From positions 6,282 through 70,281 of the forward strand of contig JBKQLZ010000005.1 of NCBI GenBank assembly GCA_052146895.1: DNA of 64,000 nucleotides. Reading direction: 5' to 3'. Source of the DNA: Acidimicrobiales bacterium (GTDB lineage Bacteria > Actinomycetota > Acidimicrobiia > Acidimicrobiales > Bog-793). Numbering within the stretch: the stretch's first letter is position 1; each line of letters begins with the position of its first letter. The notes under the pieces were generated by a model that was not told where the DNA came from, searched no databases, and saw nothing but the letters and a program-made list of their open reading frames with translations. Positions 10,071 to 19,076 of the stretch are shown one piece after another. The translations under genes were made by a program, and so were the position numbers.

Positions 10071-10296
10071 CCCCGGTCCGGCGCTAGTGGCGACGCGGGA
10101 CCTCGTGCGGATGGTGAACCAGATCGCGGCGAACTTCAGCTACCTGAGCGATGACGAGGCAGCTGCTGAGACGGCGTCCCACCTGCGAAGCTTCTGGACT
10201 CCCGAGATGCGACAGGAGCTCTGCGACGACGTGCCCGCGGACGAACTTGTAGCGGCCGCACGCGGGGCAAGGGCCTTGTTATTGCAGCAGGCCTAG
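10039..10296 (+). CDS. fdsD: formate dehydrogenase delta subunit (accessory)
   Basis: MVNQIAANFSYLSDDEAAAETASHLRSFWTPEMR matches the FdsD pattern. The true start may be the in-frame GTG at 10087, just after the fdsA stop. Confidence 0.75.
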   Translation: MSESRRSLAADPGPALVATRDLVRMVNQIAANFSYLSDDEAAAETASHLRSFWTPEMRQELCDDVPADELVAAARGARALLLQQA

Positions 10297-10907
10297 GCGG
10301 GCCTCGAGGGTGCGAGTCCCACGCCAGCCAGTATGTGACTGGCCGCAGACTCGAAGCGCGAGAGATCGTCGAACGAGCGCGCTACGAGCATGGCCCCTTC
10401 AAGTCCGCTGACGATGACTCGGGCGATCTCGCTCGGCGATCCGTCGAACTGAAGGGTCCCCTCGTCCTGCCCCTGAGACAGGATGCGTGTGAGCCACGCC
10501 TCGTTCTCGTCGAAGAAGCTGACGACCGCCCCCTGCATCGGCACCGGAAGAGTGTGGTATTCGGCTGCCAGCATGCCGCAGAGGCACATCCGCCGCTCTC
10601 TCAGCACCCCTAGATACAAGCCGGCGTAGCCGTCGAGCCTGGTGGGCGCATCCTCGCCCGAAGCTTCCACCGCGGCCAGCGCCTCGGCAAAGCGGACCGC
10701 GTAGCGGGCGATGAGTGCCGCTCCGAGCTCGGACTTGCTGGCGAAGTGGTAGTGGAGCGCAGCTTTCGTGATGTTCAACTCGGCGGCGACGTCGGCGTAG
10801 CTGAAGCCGTTGAAACCCCGGGTCTGAACTAGACGTTCGGCCACGTCCAAGATCTGCGTTGCCGTGTCGCCCCGGTCGCTCTGTCCGCTCCTCATGGCTC
10901 CGTCCAC
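10293..10907 (-). CDS. TetR/AcrR family transcriptional regulator
   Basis: N-terminal HTH GFNGFSYADVAAELNITKAALHYHFASKSELG plus a helical ligand domain. Divergent from the cupin operon. Confidence 0.9.
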   Translation of the reverse strand: MDGAMRSGQSDRGDTATQILDVAERLVQTRGFNGFSYADVAAELNITKAALHYHFASKSELGAALIARYAVRFAEALAAVEASGEDAPTRLDGYAGLYLGVLRERRMCLCGMLAAEYHTLPVPMQGAVVSFFDENEAWLTRILSQGQDEGTLQFDGSPSEIARVIVSGLEGAMLVARSFDDLSRFESAASHILAGVGLAPSRPA

Positions 10908-10933
10908 TGTCGCACGTGAAGTCCCTTGACTCT

Positions 10934-10951
10934 TTACCTACTAGTAGGTAA
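10934..10951. promoter_or_regulatory. perfect 18-bp palindrome, candidate TetR operator
   Basis: TTACCTACTAGTAGGTAA lies between tetR and the cupin gene. A TTGACT hexamer lies just upstream at 10926-10931. Confidence 0.5.
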
Positions 10952-10962
10952 GGTGACTTTAT

Positions 10963-10977
10963 CACAGCCGGGCTGTG
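10963..10977. promoter_or_regulatory. second palindrome in the same intergenic region
   Basis: CACAGCC-g-GGCTGTG, 7-bp arms. Confidence 0.3.
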
Positions 10978-11001
10978 GTCTAGCGAGAGGGGTGGAAAGC
11001 G

Positions 11002-11355
11002 ATGCAGGTGACTGAGCACAAGAGTTTCGAGGAGCCTGACGAGGTCCGTGAGTTCCCGAACGGTCGGGCAGAGATCGTCAAAGCAGGCGGAGGCGAGATC
11101 GGGCGTCTCGTCTTCCAACCAGGATGGCGCTGGTCGCGCGACGTGAAGCCGATCGCGAACACCGACAGCTGCGAGGCCCCTCACTTCCAGTATCACGTGA
11201 GCGGGCAGTTGGCGATCCGAATGGACGACGGGACCGAGTTCGTCGCCGGTCCGGGAGACATCACGTCCCTGCCAAGTGGGCACGATGCTTGGGTGGTCGG
11301 GGACGAGCCGGCGGTCACCGTCGACTGGTTCGGCGCGAGCAATTACGCGAGATGA
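11002..11355 (+). CDS. cupin domain protein
   Basis: 117 aa with a small beta-barrel pattern (HFQYHVSGQLAIRMDDG...GDITSLPSGHDAWV). Confidence 0.75.
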   Translation: MQVTEHKSFEEPDEVREFPNGRAEIVKAGGGEIGRLVFQPGWRWSRDVKPIANTDSCEAPHFQYHVSGQLAIRMDDGTEFVAGPGDITSLPSGHDAWVVGDEPAVTVDWFGASNYAR

Positions 11356-11708
11356 GCGGTCCGGGCGAAGAGGAGCCGCTCGACGTCGTCCAGGCGTTCG
11401 GCACGGCATGGGCGAACCATGACCTCGAAGCAACCTTGTCCACGATCACCGAGGACTGTGTGTTCGACGCCACAGGGCCTGCCCCCGATGGCATTCGGCA
11501 CACCGGCCGGGACGCGGTTCGACGGGCATGGGAATCCATATTCAACGATGCCGCCTCCCTCTTCGAGACAGAGGACATCTTCGCGATGGGTGACCGTGTC
11601 GTGCAGCTTTGGCGATACAGCTGGAACGGCGGGCACATCCGGGGGGTGGATGTCTTCCGCGTGAGGGACGGCAAGGTCTCCGAGAAGCTCTCGTACGTGA
11701 AGGGTTGA
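11352..11708 (+). CDS. SnoaL-like / NTF2-fold protein
   Basis: ATGA overlap with the cupin stop. VVQAFGTAWANHDLEATLSTITEDCVFD...GRDAVRRAW is typical of the SnoaL family. Confidence 0.75.
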   Translation: MSGPGEEEPLDVVQAFGTAWANHDLEATLSTITEDCVFDATGPAPDGIRHTGRDAVRRAWESIFNDAASLFETEDIFAMGDRVVQLWRYSWNGGHIRGVDVFRVRDGKVSEKLSYVKG

Positions 11709-11712
11709 CGAC

Positions 11713-12114
11713 ATGACCACGGCGAGATCGCCCGTCAGCACCGCCAGCTCGGTCGACCGTTTGCTTGCTGGCATCGAGGCAGGCGCCGTCCCCCGCGATG
11801 CTTTCTGCGACGACGCGGTATTGGACGCCACAGTCCCGAACTGGCGCTTCCGAGCAAGCGGTGGCGAGGCCGTGCACGCCGAGTTGGCCAAGTGGTTCGC
11901 CGATCCCGGGCACTTCGAGGAGTTGCGGCGCTTCGCAATTGATGACGGCGAGCTCGTGGAGTTCACGCTCGCGTGGCAAGAGGGCGGAGTCGCGCACGCT
12001 TGTCATCAAGCACATCTGTTGCGCATGCGAGACGGACTCGTTGCATCAGACACCGCGTTCTGCGGTGGCCGTTGGCCCGCGCGGCTGCTCGCCGAGATGA
12101 GCGCAGCGCAATAG
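11713..12114 (+). CDS. NTF2-like fold protein
   Basis: 133 aa, similar size and topology to the preceding gene, starting 5 nt after its stop. Confidence 0.55.
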   Translation: MTTARSPVSTASSVDRLLAGIEAGAVPRDAFCDDAVLDATVPNWRFRASGGEAVHAELAKWFADPGHFEELRRFAIDDGELVEFTLAWQEGGVAHACHQAHLLRMRDGLVASDTAFCGGRWPARLLAEMSAAQ

Positions 12115-12163
12115 GCGGCTCACGAGCTCGTCCCCACGATTGGAGTAGCGCGAGACTTCGTCG

Positions 12164-13354
12164 ATGTCGCTTGACCTTGCTCGGTTGCGAGCAGACACAC
12201 CCGGCTGCGAACAAGTGGCCCACCTCAACAACGCGGGCGCGGCACTATCTCCAAGGCCCGTCCTCGAAGCCTTCGTCGGTCACATCGAGCTCGAGGCGCG
12301 TATGGGGGGCTACGAAGCTGCGGACTTTGCTGCAGAGGCGATCGGGGCCGCAGCCGCATCGGTCGGCCGCCTCCTCGGCGTTGACCCGCTGGATATAGCA
12401 CTGACCCAGAACGACACGGCTTCGTGGGCGAAGGCGTTCTGGGGCCTTGCCTTCGGTGGATGGTTCGACGGCGGCGGTCGCGTCCTCGTCGATCGTGCCG
12501 CCTACAACAGTCACTACCTTGCCCTCCTGCAGGCTCGGGAGCGTTTCGGCATCAGCATCGAAGCGGTCGAATCGACCGAGGACGGCTCGGTCGACCTCGA
12601 CGAGCTCGACCGCTGCCTCAACAGCGACGTGCGAATGGTGACGGCCACGCACGTCGGCACCCATCGAGGCCTCGTGAACCCGGTGGCTGAGGTGGGTGCG
12701 CGGACGCGAGCTGCCGGCGTGCCCTTCTTCCTCGATGCCTGCCAGTCCGCCGGGCAGCTCGTGGTCGACCTTCCGGTCATCGGATGCGACGTGGCGACCG
12801 GCACAGGACGCAAGTGGCTCCGCGCGCCGCGCGGCACCGGCTGGCTCTTCGTCGCGCCGGAGTGGTCGGAGCGGATGTCTCCTCCCGGAATCGACGGGAG
12901 ATCAGCAGAGTGGGTCGACGCGAGCAGCTACGAGCTGCGTGAGCGGGCGCGGCGTTTCGAGGAGTTCGAGACGTCGTACGCGGCGCGGCTCGGGTTCGGG
13001 GCCGCGGTCGACTACGCGCTCGACATCGGTATCCATCTGATCGCGGAGCGGATCGAGAAGTTGGCCGAGGAGTTGAGGAGCGGACTCGTCGCGAGCGGAG
13101 CGGCCGTTCATGACGGCGGGACGAAGCGGTCGGGAATTGTCACGTTCACCGTGCCGGGCCACGACTGCTCATCTGTCCAGGAGTCGCTCAGAGGGGTCGG
13201 CATCAACGTGTCTGTCACGCGAGCGCCTTGGGCTCGCCTGGACATGGAGCAGCGCGGTGTGTCCGAGGCAGTCCGGGCCTCCCCGCACGCGTACAACTCC
13301 GAAGAGGAGATCCGGCAACTGGTCGAGCAAGTAGCCCAGCTCGTCAGCGCCTAG
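12164..13354 (+). CDS. class V aminotransferase-fold PLP enzyme (cysteine desulfurase/epimerase-like)
   Basis: 396 aa. HLNNAGAAL start, THVGTHRGLVNP, FFLDACQSAG, and GTGRKWLRAPRGTGWLF around the PLP lysine. Confidence 0.85.
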   Translation: MSLDLARLRADTPGCEQVAHLNNAGAALSPRPVLEAFVGHIELEARMGGYEAADFAAEAIGAAAASVGRLLGVDPLDIALTQNDTASWAKAFWGLAFGGWFDGGGRVLVDRAAYNSHYLALLQARERFGISIEAVESTEDGSVDLDELDRCLNSDVRMVTATHVGTHRGLVNPVAEVGARTRAAGVPFFLDACQSAGQLVVDLPVIGCDVATGTGRKWLRAPRGTGWLFVAPEWSERMSPPGIDGRSAEWVDASSYELRERARRFEEFETSYAARLGFGAAVDYALDIGIHLIAERIEKLAEELRSGLVASGAAVHDGGTKRSGIVTFTVPGHDCSSVQESLRGVGINVSVTRAPWARLDMEQRGVSEAVRASPHAYNSEEEIRQLVEQVAQLVSA

Positions 13355-14502
13355 AGAGTCGGCAGGCTCGCCGTCGTCCAGCTGGCTCCGTAATTCGTGG
13401 TCTTCAAGATGACACCAGCGCCTTTGGTGGTCTGCCCGACGGCAATGCAGTGACCCGAGCCCGGGCTGCACGAGACCGTGTCCAAGAAGTAGGCGGTGTG
13501 CTCCCTCACCTGCGTCCAAGAGCTGCCGCCGTTGCGCGTAGTCTCGACGGCGGCCCAGAAGTCGTACTTGGCGTTCGGCGGCTTGCCGGACACGACCGTG
13601 TAGCCGATGCCGACGGCGAGGCAATGACGGCTGCCGGGGCAGGCGAGGCCATCGAGCGCGATCACCGAGGGCGCACTCTTGACGCGGTACGACCAGGTGG
13701 CACCGCCGTTTGTCGAGGCCTCGATGTAGGCAGATGTGTTCTCGGGAACCGCCGACGTGATGTTGCCGAGCGCGACGCAGTCCTTTGCTGACTTGCATGC
13801 GACGCTGTCCAGTAGCGGCGGCGACTTGGAACTCACCAGCTTCCAGGAGCTGCCTCCAGTCACAGTGGTGAGCACCCCGTATCCGACGATCATGCACTGC
13901 TTCGTCGTGCGGCACTCGATCCCGAACTCACTGTCCATCGGGATGGTGAGCTTCGGGGTCGCTTGCTGGTTCCAGGTGGCGCCTCCGTTCGAGGTCGCGA
14001 TGACGATGTCAGCGCCTGTGTCCACGACCTCTCCGACGGCCCAGCAGTTCGTGGCGCTCGGGCACGTGAGCGCCTGTAGATCGGTGATGTCCGACGGGAG
14101 CGTCTTCGGGGTCCATGCGGTACCACCGTCAATCGTTGAGAGGACGACGCTGGCGCTCTTGGTTGATCCGATCGCCCAGCAGTGCGTGGTCGTAGGGCAA
14201 GCTATCGCCGCTACGCGGCTCACGTCCTTCGGGCTGTCCTGAGCGGTCCAGGTGACGCCTGCATTCGTCGTTGTCAGGATCACTGTTCCCGTCGTCGTGG
14301 TGCCAGCCGCCCAACATGTTCGCTTGGTGGGGCACGACACGGCGGACAGCTCAGTGATCTTTGGCGTCTTCAGGGACGCTGACGATGAGGTCGAGCCGAC
14401 GGCCGTTAGCGCGCCAGCGATCAGGAGCAGGGGAAGCGCGTACCTCAATAATCTCGCCACAGAATCCCCACCTCTCGCTCGAGCTGGGTGCTGCGCACCC
14501 AT
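13351..14502 (-). CDS. secreted 7-bladed Asp-box (BNR-like) beta-propeller with one Cys pair per blade
   Basis: Signal peptide, then seven units of about 45-50 aa. Each unit carries (S/A/T)C(P)xxxxC(W)AxG followed by TxxGGxTW (for example SCPTKRTCWAAG...TTNAGVTWT). Confidence 0.75.
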   Translation of the reverse strand: MGAQHPARARGGDSVARLLRYALPLLLIAGALTAVGSTSSSASLKTPKITELSAVSCPTKRTCWAAGTTTTGTVILTTTNAGVTWTAQDSPKDVSRVAAIACPTTTHCWAIGSTKSASVVLSTIDGGTAWTPKTLPSDITDLQALTCPSATNCWAVGEVVDTGADIVIATSNGGATWNQQATPKLTIPMDSEFGIECRTTKQCMIVGYGVLTTVTGGSSWKLVSSKSPPLLDSVACKSAKDCVALGNITSAVPENTSAYIEASTNGGATWSYRVKSAPSVIALDGLACPGSRHCLAVGIGYTVVSGKPPNAKYDFWAAVETTRNGGSSWTQVREHTAYFLDTVSCSPGSGHCIAVGQTTKGAGVILKTTNYGASWTTASLPTL

Positions 14503-14570
14503 CCGGCGGTGAATCTACGCCTCGGGTAGTGACCTTTGACGGTCGCCCATCGGGTACTCTTCGGGTCCCC

Positions 14571-14644
<74 letters not shown>

Positions 14645-14869
14645 CTCGTTGCCCCTGGTAGCCGCCCTTTATTTGCTCCGCTGCCGCTCGTTCGAGCCCT
14701 CGAAATGCCCGGCGTGACCTAAACGTGACCAATCGGATTTTCGAGTGCCGCAAGACGACGGATCTGTTCCGCGCTGAATGAAGCTCTGGCGCTGACTCAG
14801 CCGGCAAGGCATCCCTTCCTCGCGGCGCCGACACGACCACCCTGTTCAGAAGGCCTCATCGCTGGTCGC

Positions 14870-15283
14870 TTACGGCAGCAGCTCGAAGGCCTCCACATGT
14901 CGCGGCCGAACTACGGTGAAGTCCCGATGGTTGAGTGTCGCCAAGGCCCCAATCTTGAGTCGTTCAGCCACCGCAACCACGCTGGCGTCCACCAGCCCTA
15001 ATCCAAGATCCGCGTACCTGGAGACGAGCTCAATGACGCGCTCCCAGTCCGGCTCGAGCAGATCGACTCGCGTGAGCTCTCCTGCAAGGATCGATGCCAG
15101 AAACGCCGCTTCAGCTTCTGGACCGAGCCGACACTCGATCAGCCAGGATGCCTCAACCATCACGGGCGTTGGCAAGATGAGCTCGGAGGCGGGCCGACCG
15201 GCGAGGAGTTCGTCACAACGCTCGTGATCCCCATCAGCGGCGTCCGCCACAGCAAAGAGCACACCGGTGTCGAGGACGAGCAT
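14870..15283 (-). CDS. vapC: PIN-domain toxin VapC
   Basis: MLVLDTGVLFA first Asp motif, plus later E and D residues (VMVEASW, LGLVDASVVAVA, LNHRDF). Confidence 0.85.
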   Translation of the reverse strand: MLVLDTGVLFAVADAADGDHERCDELLAGRPASELILPTPVMVEASWLIECRLGPEAEAAFLASILAGELTRVDLLEPDWERVIELVSRYADLGLGLVDASVVAVAERLKIGALATLNHRDFTVVRPRHVEAFELLP

Positions 15284-15292
15284 CGGTGGCGC

Positions 15293-15532
15293 TCAGATAT
15301 CGCGTGCAGTCTTGTCTTCGAGGACCTCAGCGATGACTTCGCGATGACGACGGCCGATGTCTCCCCCAGCGGGCCCGGAGGAACCCACGCCGGAAAAGCT
15401 CAGGCTGCGGCGAGGCGGCAGTTGAGCGGCGATGGCTTCCAAGGCGACCTCCTCGGGCGACTGGTGGCGCGCTGCAGCCACCTCCTCGACCCGGCGGGCC
15501 AACTCCTCGGGCACATTTACCGTGAGCGCCAT
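15293..15532 (-). CDS. VapB-type antitoxin (RHH-like)
   Basis: 79-aa ORF from the internal ATG (MALTVNVPEELARRVEEVAAARHQSPEEVALEAI), ending 9 nt upstream of vapC. The longer 160-aa ORF prefix is Arg/Gly-rich noise. Confidence 0.65.
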   Translation of the reverse strand: MALTVNVPEELARRVEEVAAARHQSPEEVALEAIAAQLPPRRSLSFSGVGSSGPAGGDIGRRHREVIAEVLEDKTARDI

Positions 15533-15817
15533 AGATGCAAGCGTAGAGCCGCGAGAGGACTCAGTTGACGGATTCCTGTGATTCTCTTGTGGTCGGCCGC
15601 CGGCGACTCCGAGCGGCCCCTTTCGGTCAGCCGTTCGGTGCGGGTGTCCAAGGCGAGATGGGCCAGCACGGGGTGTCCAGAACGTCGGAGCCAGCCAGCC
15701 AGAGGCAGGTGGAAGGCGGATGGCACCTCGGGCACACCACCGCGGCCGCCCTCTGCACGCCCCACCAGCGGCCACCAGCTGGGCTAAGTAGGGTGTGCGG
15801 CGTCGACCTGCCAGGGA

Positions 15818-16882
15818 GTGACAATGGCATCTTCGAGGAGAGGGTCTGACGGAGACGAAGAACCGCGAGCCGACCTCGACCCCTCTGTCCGTGACGTGGT
15901 GGCCCGAAGTCAGTTGCTGTGCCTGGTCATCGAGGTTCCTTCCGAGTTGATCGTTGCCGCGAGCCCTAGCGCAGCGCGCCTGCTCACGACGCGAGGCGAA
16001 GACGTAGCCGGACGCAACCTAGAAGACTTCCTCGCCGACGATCCTGCGGGAGGCGTGGAGCTGCTCCACGCCGGGAAATTGATGGGCTACGAGACGGTTC
16101 GACGTGTCAGGCAAGGCAAGGACGAGATCCAGTTGCACGCCTGGGTGCAAGCGCTTCGCGACGTCGCCCCGCCTCGGTACGCGCTGATCGTGGCGTGGGA
16201 GAGCGACACCACGAGAGTGGCCGTACCGCCATTGGCAGATGCAGCACTGCCGCCAGTGGTTGGCACGGTCGACCGTGACCTCCTCATCGACAGGATAAGC
16301 GCTGAGGTGCGTGAGGTTCTCGGCTACGGTCCTGAAGCACTCCTCGGTCAGTCGCTTCTGCGTCTCGTGGAGGAGCCGGACATAGCGAACGTCCTACTCG
16401 TTCTCGGCCACGCAGCGACGAACGGCAGGGGTGCACGTCACCGGGTGCGGGTTCGGACCGCCGATGGGGACTCCGTGCTCTGCTGGGTTCTCGTCTTGCC
16501 GCTAGTACCTCTGCCTAGCGCGGCATTCGCTCTCTTGCCCGGCGAGGAGCGCGTCGACGACGCATTGGTCTCCGGACGGGCGATCGAACAGATCATGGAT
16601 CGGCTTGGCCGGACTATCTCCGGAGCCACGCTCTCTCGCGAAGTCGCCGGGGCGCCATGGAGTACGTCGTCCTCACTGAGCACCCTGTCCTCTCGCGAAC
16701 TCGACATCGTCCGCCGGCTGGCTGCCGGTGACCGCGTGCCGACGATCGCAGCGACGCTCTACGTGAGTCAAAGCACGGTTCGCAACCATCTCTCAGCGGT
16801 GTTTCGGAAGCTCGGCGTCCACTCTCAACAGGAGCTCATCGACGTGCTGCGAGAAATGAGCGCTCCGTCGTCAGACGAGTGA
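15818..16882 (+). CDS. LuxR-family transcriptional regulator with N-terminal PAS-like sensor regions
   Basis: C-terminal LSSRELDIVRRLAAGDRVPTIAATLYVSQSTVRNHLSAVFRKLGV HTH. Confidence 0.8.
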   Translation: MTMASSRRGSDGDEEPRADLDPSVRDVVARSQLLCLVIEVPSELIVAASPSAARLLTTRGEDVAGRNLEDFLADDPAGGVELLHAGKLMGYETVRRVRQGKDEIQLHAWVQALRDVAPPRYALIVAWESDTTRVAVPPLADAALPPVVGTVDRDLLIDRISAEVREVLGYGPEALLGQSLLRLVEEPDIANVLLVLGHAATNGRGARHRVRVRTADGDSVLCWVLVLPLVPLPSAAFALLPGEERVDDALVSGRAIEQIMDRLGRTISGATLSREVAGAPWSTSSSLSTLSSRELDIVRRLAAGDRVPTIAATLYVSQSTVRNHLSAVFRKLGVHSQQELIDVLREMSAPSSDE

Positions 16883-16972
16883 CACTTCGCCCATAGGCAC
16901 GGCACGCCAGCTAGCGGACACTGGACGGACCATGTCAATTGGCGACCCACCGGCGCGCCGCGCCTTCAGTTC

Positions 16973-18298
16973 TTGAGCGCCCAACAGGAGCCCATGACCG
17001 ACGCTCCCTCCGGCATGCCCGATCCCGCTCAGTTGCCTGGCCTTGTGAGCAGGGCGGCATTGCTGCGCGCTGCCTGGCAGTCGATCTCAATGCACAGAGA
17101 TGTGGCGCTGCTCGTTCTCGACGTCGATCGATTCCGCACCATCAACGAGTCTCTTGGACAGATCGTCGGCGACGGCGTGCTCGCTGTCGTCGCTGAACGG
17201 TTACGAGGCTGGGTGAGGCCGGATGTCACTGTGGGTCGGATCGGAGACGACGAATTTGGCCTGCTAATCGCATCTGGCGTCGACCCGGAACTCCTCACGG
17301 CGTACGGCGAGCACCTCGTCGCACTGCTGGGTCTACCAATGCGTGTCAGCGGGGAGGAGGTCCGAATCACAGTGAGCGTAGGCATCTTTCTCCCGGGCGA
17401 AGGGACGACCACGGTAGAGAGCCTGCTTCGCAGCGCGGGGCTCGCCCTAGCTCATGCAAAACACCTGGGCGGGAATCGATGTGAGCTCCTCGATGAGGCA
17501 GAGCGCAAGTCAGCAACGGCGAGGGCAAGGCTAGAAACCGATCTACGAATAGCCCTCGACAGCCATCAACTGACGGTCCACTTCCAGCCAGTCGTCCGCT
17601 TCGACGGCACGATTGTCAGCGTCGAAGCGCTCGCGCGATGGTTGCACCCGACGCTCGGAGCAATCTCGCCGTATGAGTTCGTCCCGCTCGCCGAGGAGGC
17701 GGGACTGATCACCATGTTGGGGACACAGGTGATCGAGATCGCGGCAACACAGGTCGCTCTGTGGCGCAGAGCCCTGGCTCCCTCGCTGCGGCTGTCAGTC
17801 AATACGTCGGCGTGTCAGTTCGTTGAAGACGGATCAGCCGAAGCCATACGGGAGGCGCTAGCGAGAACTGGCCTCGATCCCGCGGCCGTGTGCCTGGAGT
17901 TGACGGAGACGGCCTTTCTCGAGAATCAAGAGCACGCGGCAGCTGCGCTCACCGAGTTGCATCGCCACGGCATGGAGATCGCCGTGGACGACTTCGGCAC
18001 CGGCTACTCCTCGCTCTTGTACCTAGATCAGTTCCCTGTCCAAATCCTGAAAGTGGATCGGTATTTCATCGCCCGCCTTGGCACCGAGCGGTCGGCGACC
18101 GGCATCGTCGAGGCGATCGTCAAACTGGCGCACTCGCTCGGACTTCTCGCAGTCGCGGAGGGAGTCGAGACCATCGAGCAGGTACGAGCCCTGACTGACC
18201 TTGGGTGCGACCTTGGGCAGGGCTATTACTGGTGCCGTCCCCTGCCGGCGACCGAGATGGAGACGTTGCTGGAGATTCGAGCGACCAAGTTCACTTAG
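16973..18298 (+). CDS. degenerate GGDEF (GDDEF) - EAL domain protein, likely c-di-GMP phosphodiesterase
   Basis: RIGDDEFGLL replaces GGDEF. EAL motifs are intact (VEALARW, DDFGTGYSSL, KVDRYF, EGVE, QGYY). Confidence 0.9.
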   Translation: MSAQQEPMTDAPSGMPDPAQLPGLVSRAALLRAAWQSISMHRDVALLVLDVDRFRTINESLGQIVGDGVLAVVAERLRGWVRPDVTVGRIGDDEFGLLIASGVDPELLTAYGEHLVALLGLPMRVSGEEVRITVSVGIFLPGEGTTTVESLLRSAGLALAHAKHLGGNRCELLDEAERKSATARARLETDLRIALDSHQLTVHFQPVVRFDGTIVSVEALARWLHPTLGAISPYEFVPLAEEAGLITMLGTQVIEIAATQVALWRRALAPSLRLSVNTSACQFVEDGSAEAIREALARTGLDPAAVCLELTETAFLENQEHAAAALTELHRHGMEIAVDDFGTGYSSLLYLDQFPVQILKVDRYFIARLGTERSATGIVEAIVKLAHSLGLLAVAEGVETIEQVRALTDLGCDLGQGYYWCRPLPATEMETLLEIRATKFT

Positions 18299-18467
18299 CG
18301 AGGTGCAGCGCCAATCGGCGCCGAGGCCTAGTCGTCGCCTCCTCCGAGGTAGTAATCAACGATGGTCTTGGCGGTGGTGGCCGTCGCCGGAATGCACGAC
18401 GCTCGCCACCTTCGAGCCAGTGCCAGGAGCGAGTGCCGAGACGTACTTCGCACTTGACTGCGGGCGG

Positions 18468-18983
18468 CTACCAGTGGCCTCGGTGGACGACCTCGTCGAA
18501 CGGGCGGCGGTCGGGGCGGGCGATCGGCTTGAGGGGCCGGTCGGCCGGATAGCCCAGGGCCAGCATGTAGGCGCAGATCCGGTTCTCGGATATGCCGAGA
18601 ATGCGCCGGCAGGCCTCTTGGTCGCCGATGGCCGAGTGGCCTGAACCGATGCCCAGGTCGGTGGCGGACAACATCATCGCCATAGTCGCCTGGCCCAGGT
18701 CGTACTGGTCGATGGTGAGATAGCGCTCCTCCTCCGGCTGCCGAAGGGTCATCACTACGGCCGCGGCTGCTCCGGCCAGGTGCCGCGCCCCCATCCACAC
18801 CGTGGTGAGCTCCTGCAGCTGGGACCGGTCGGTCACCAGCACGAAGTCCCAAGGCTGCCGGTTGGACGCCGATGGTGAACGCCAGCCGGCTTCGAGGATC
18901 CTGTCGAGGTCGCCGGCCGCGATGAGCCGGTCCTCGTAGGTACGGACGTTACGGCGGGCCCTGATGGCGTCCCATGTCTCCAT
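18468..18983 (-). CDS. nitroreductase family protein
   Basis: WDAIRARRNVRTY...PSASNRQPWDFVLV signature. Confidence 0.85.
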   Translation of the reverse strand: METWDAIRARRNVRTYEDRLIAAGDLDRILEAGWRSPSASNRQPWDFVLVTDRSQLQELTTVWMGARHLAGAAAAVVMTLRQPEEERYLTIDQYDLGQATMAMMLSATDLGIGSGHSAIGDQEACRRILGISENRICAYMLALGYPADRPLKPIARPDRRPFDEVVHRGHW

Positions 18984-19076
18984 AAGCCCAAGTTACGGGA
19001 TGGGTGGGCGTGCGGCGTGGCGGCGTGATTCGAGGACAAGTACACGGGCCGCCCGCGCAGATCGGCTCTGTTAGAC

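Noticed and set aside
14645-14869. att-like direct repeat or integrase next to tRNA-Gly.
   Set aside because: No integrase or recombinase ORF appears in the following 10 kb. No repeat of the tRNA 3' end was seen by eye. Kept only as a low-interest hypothesis.
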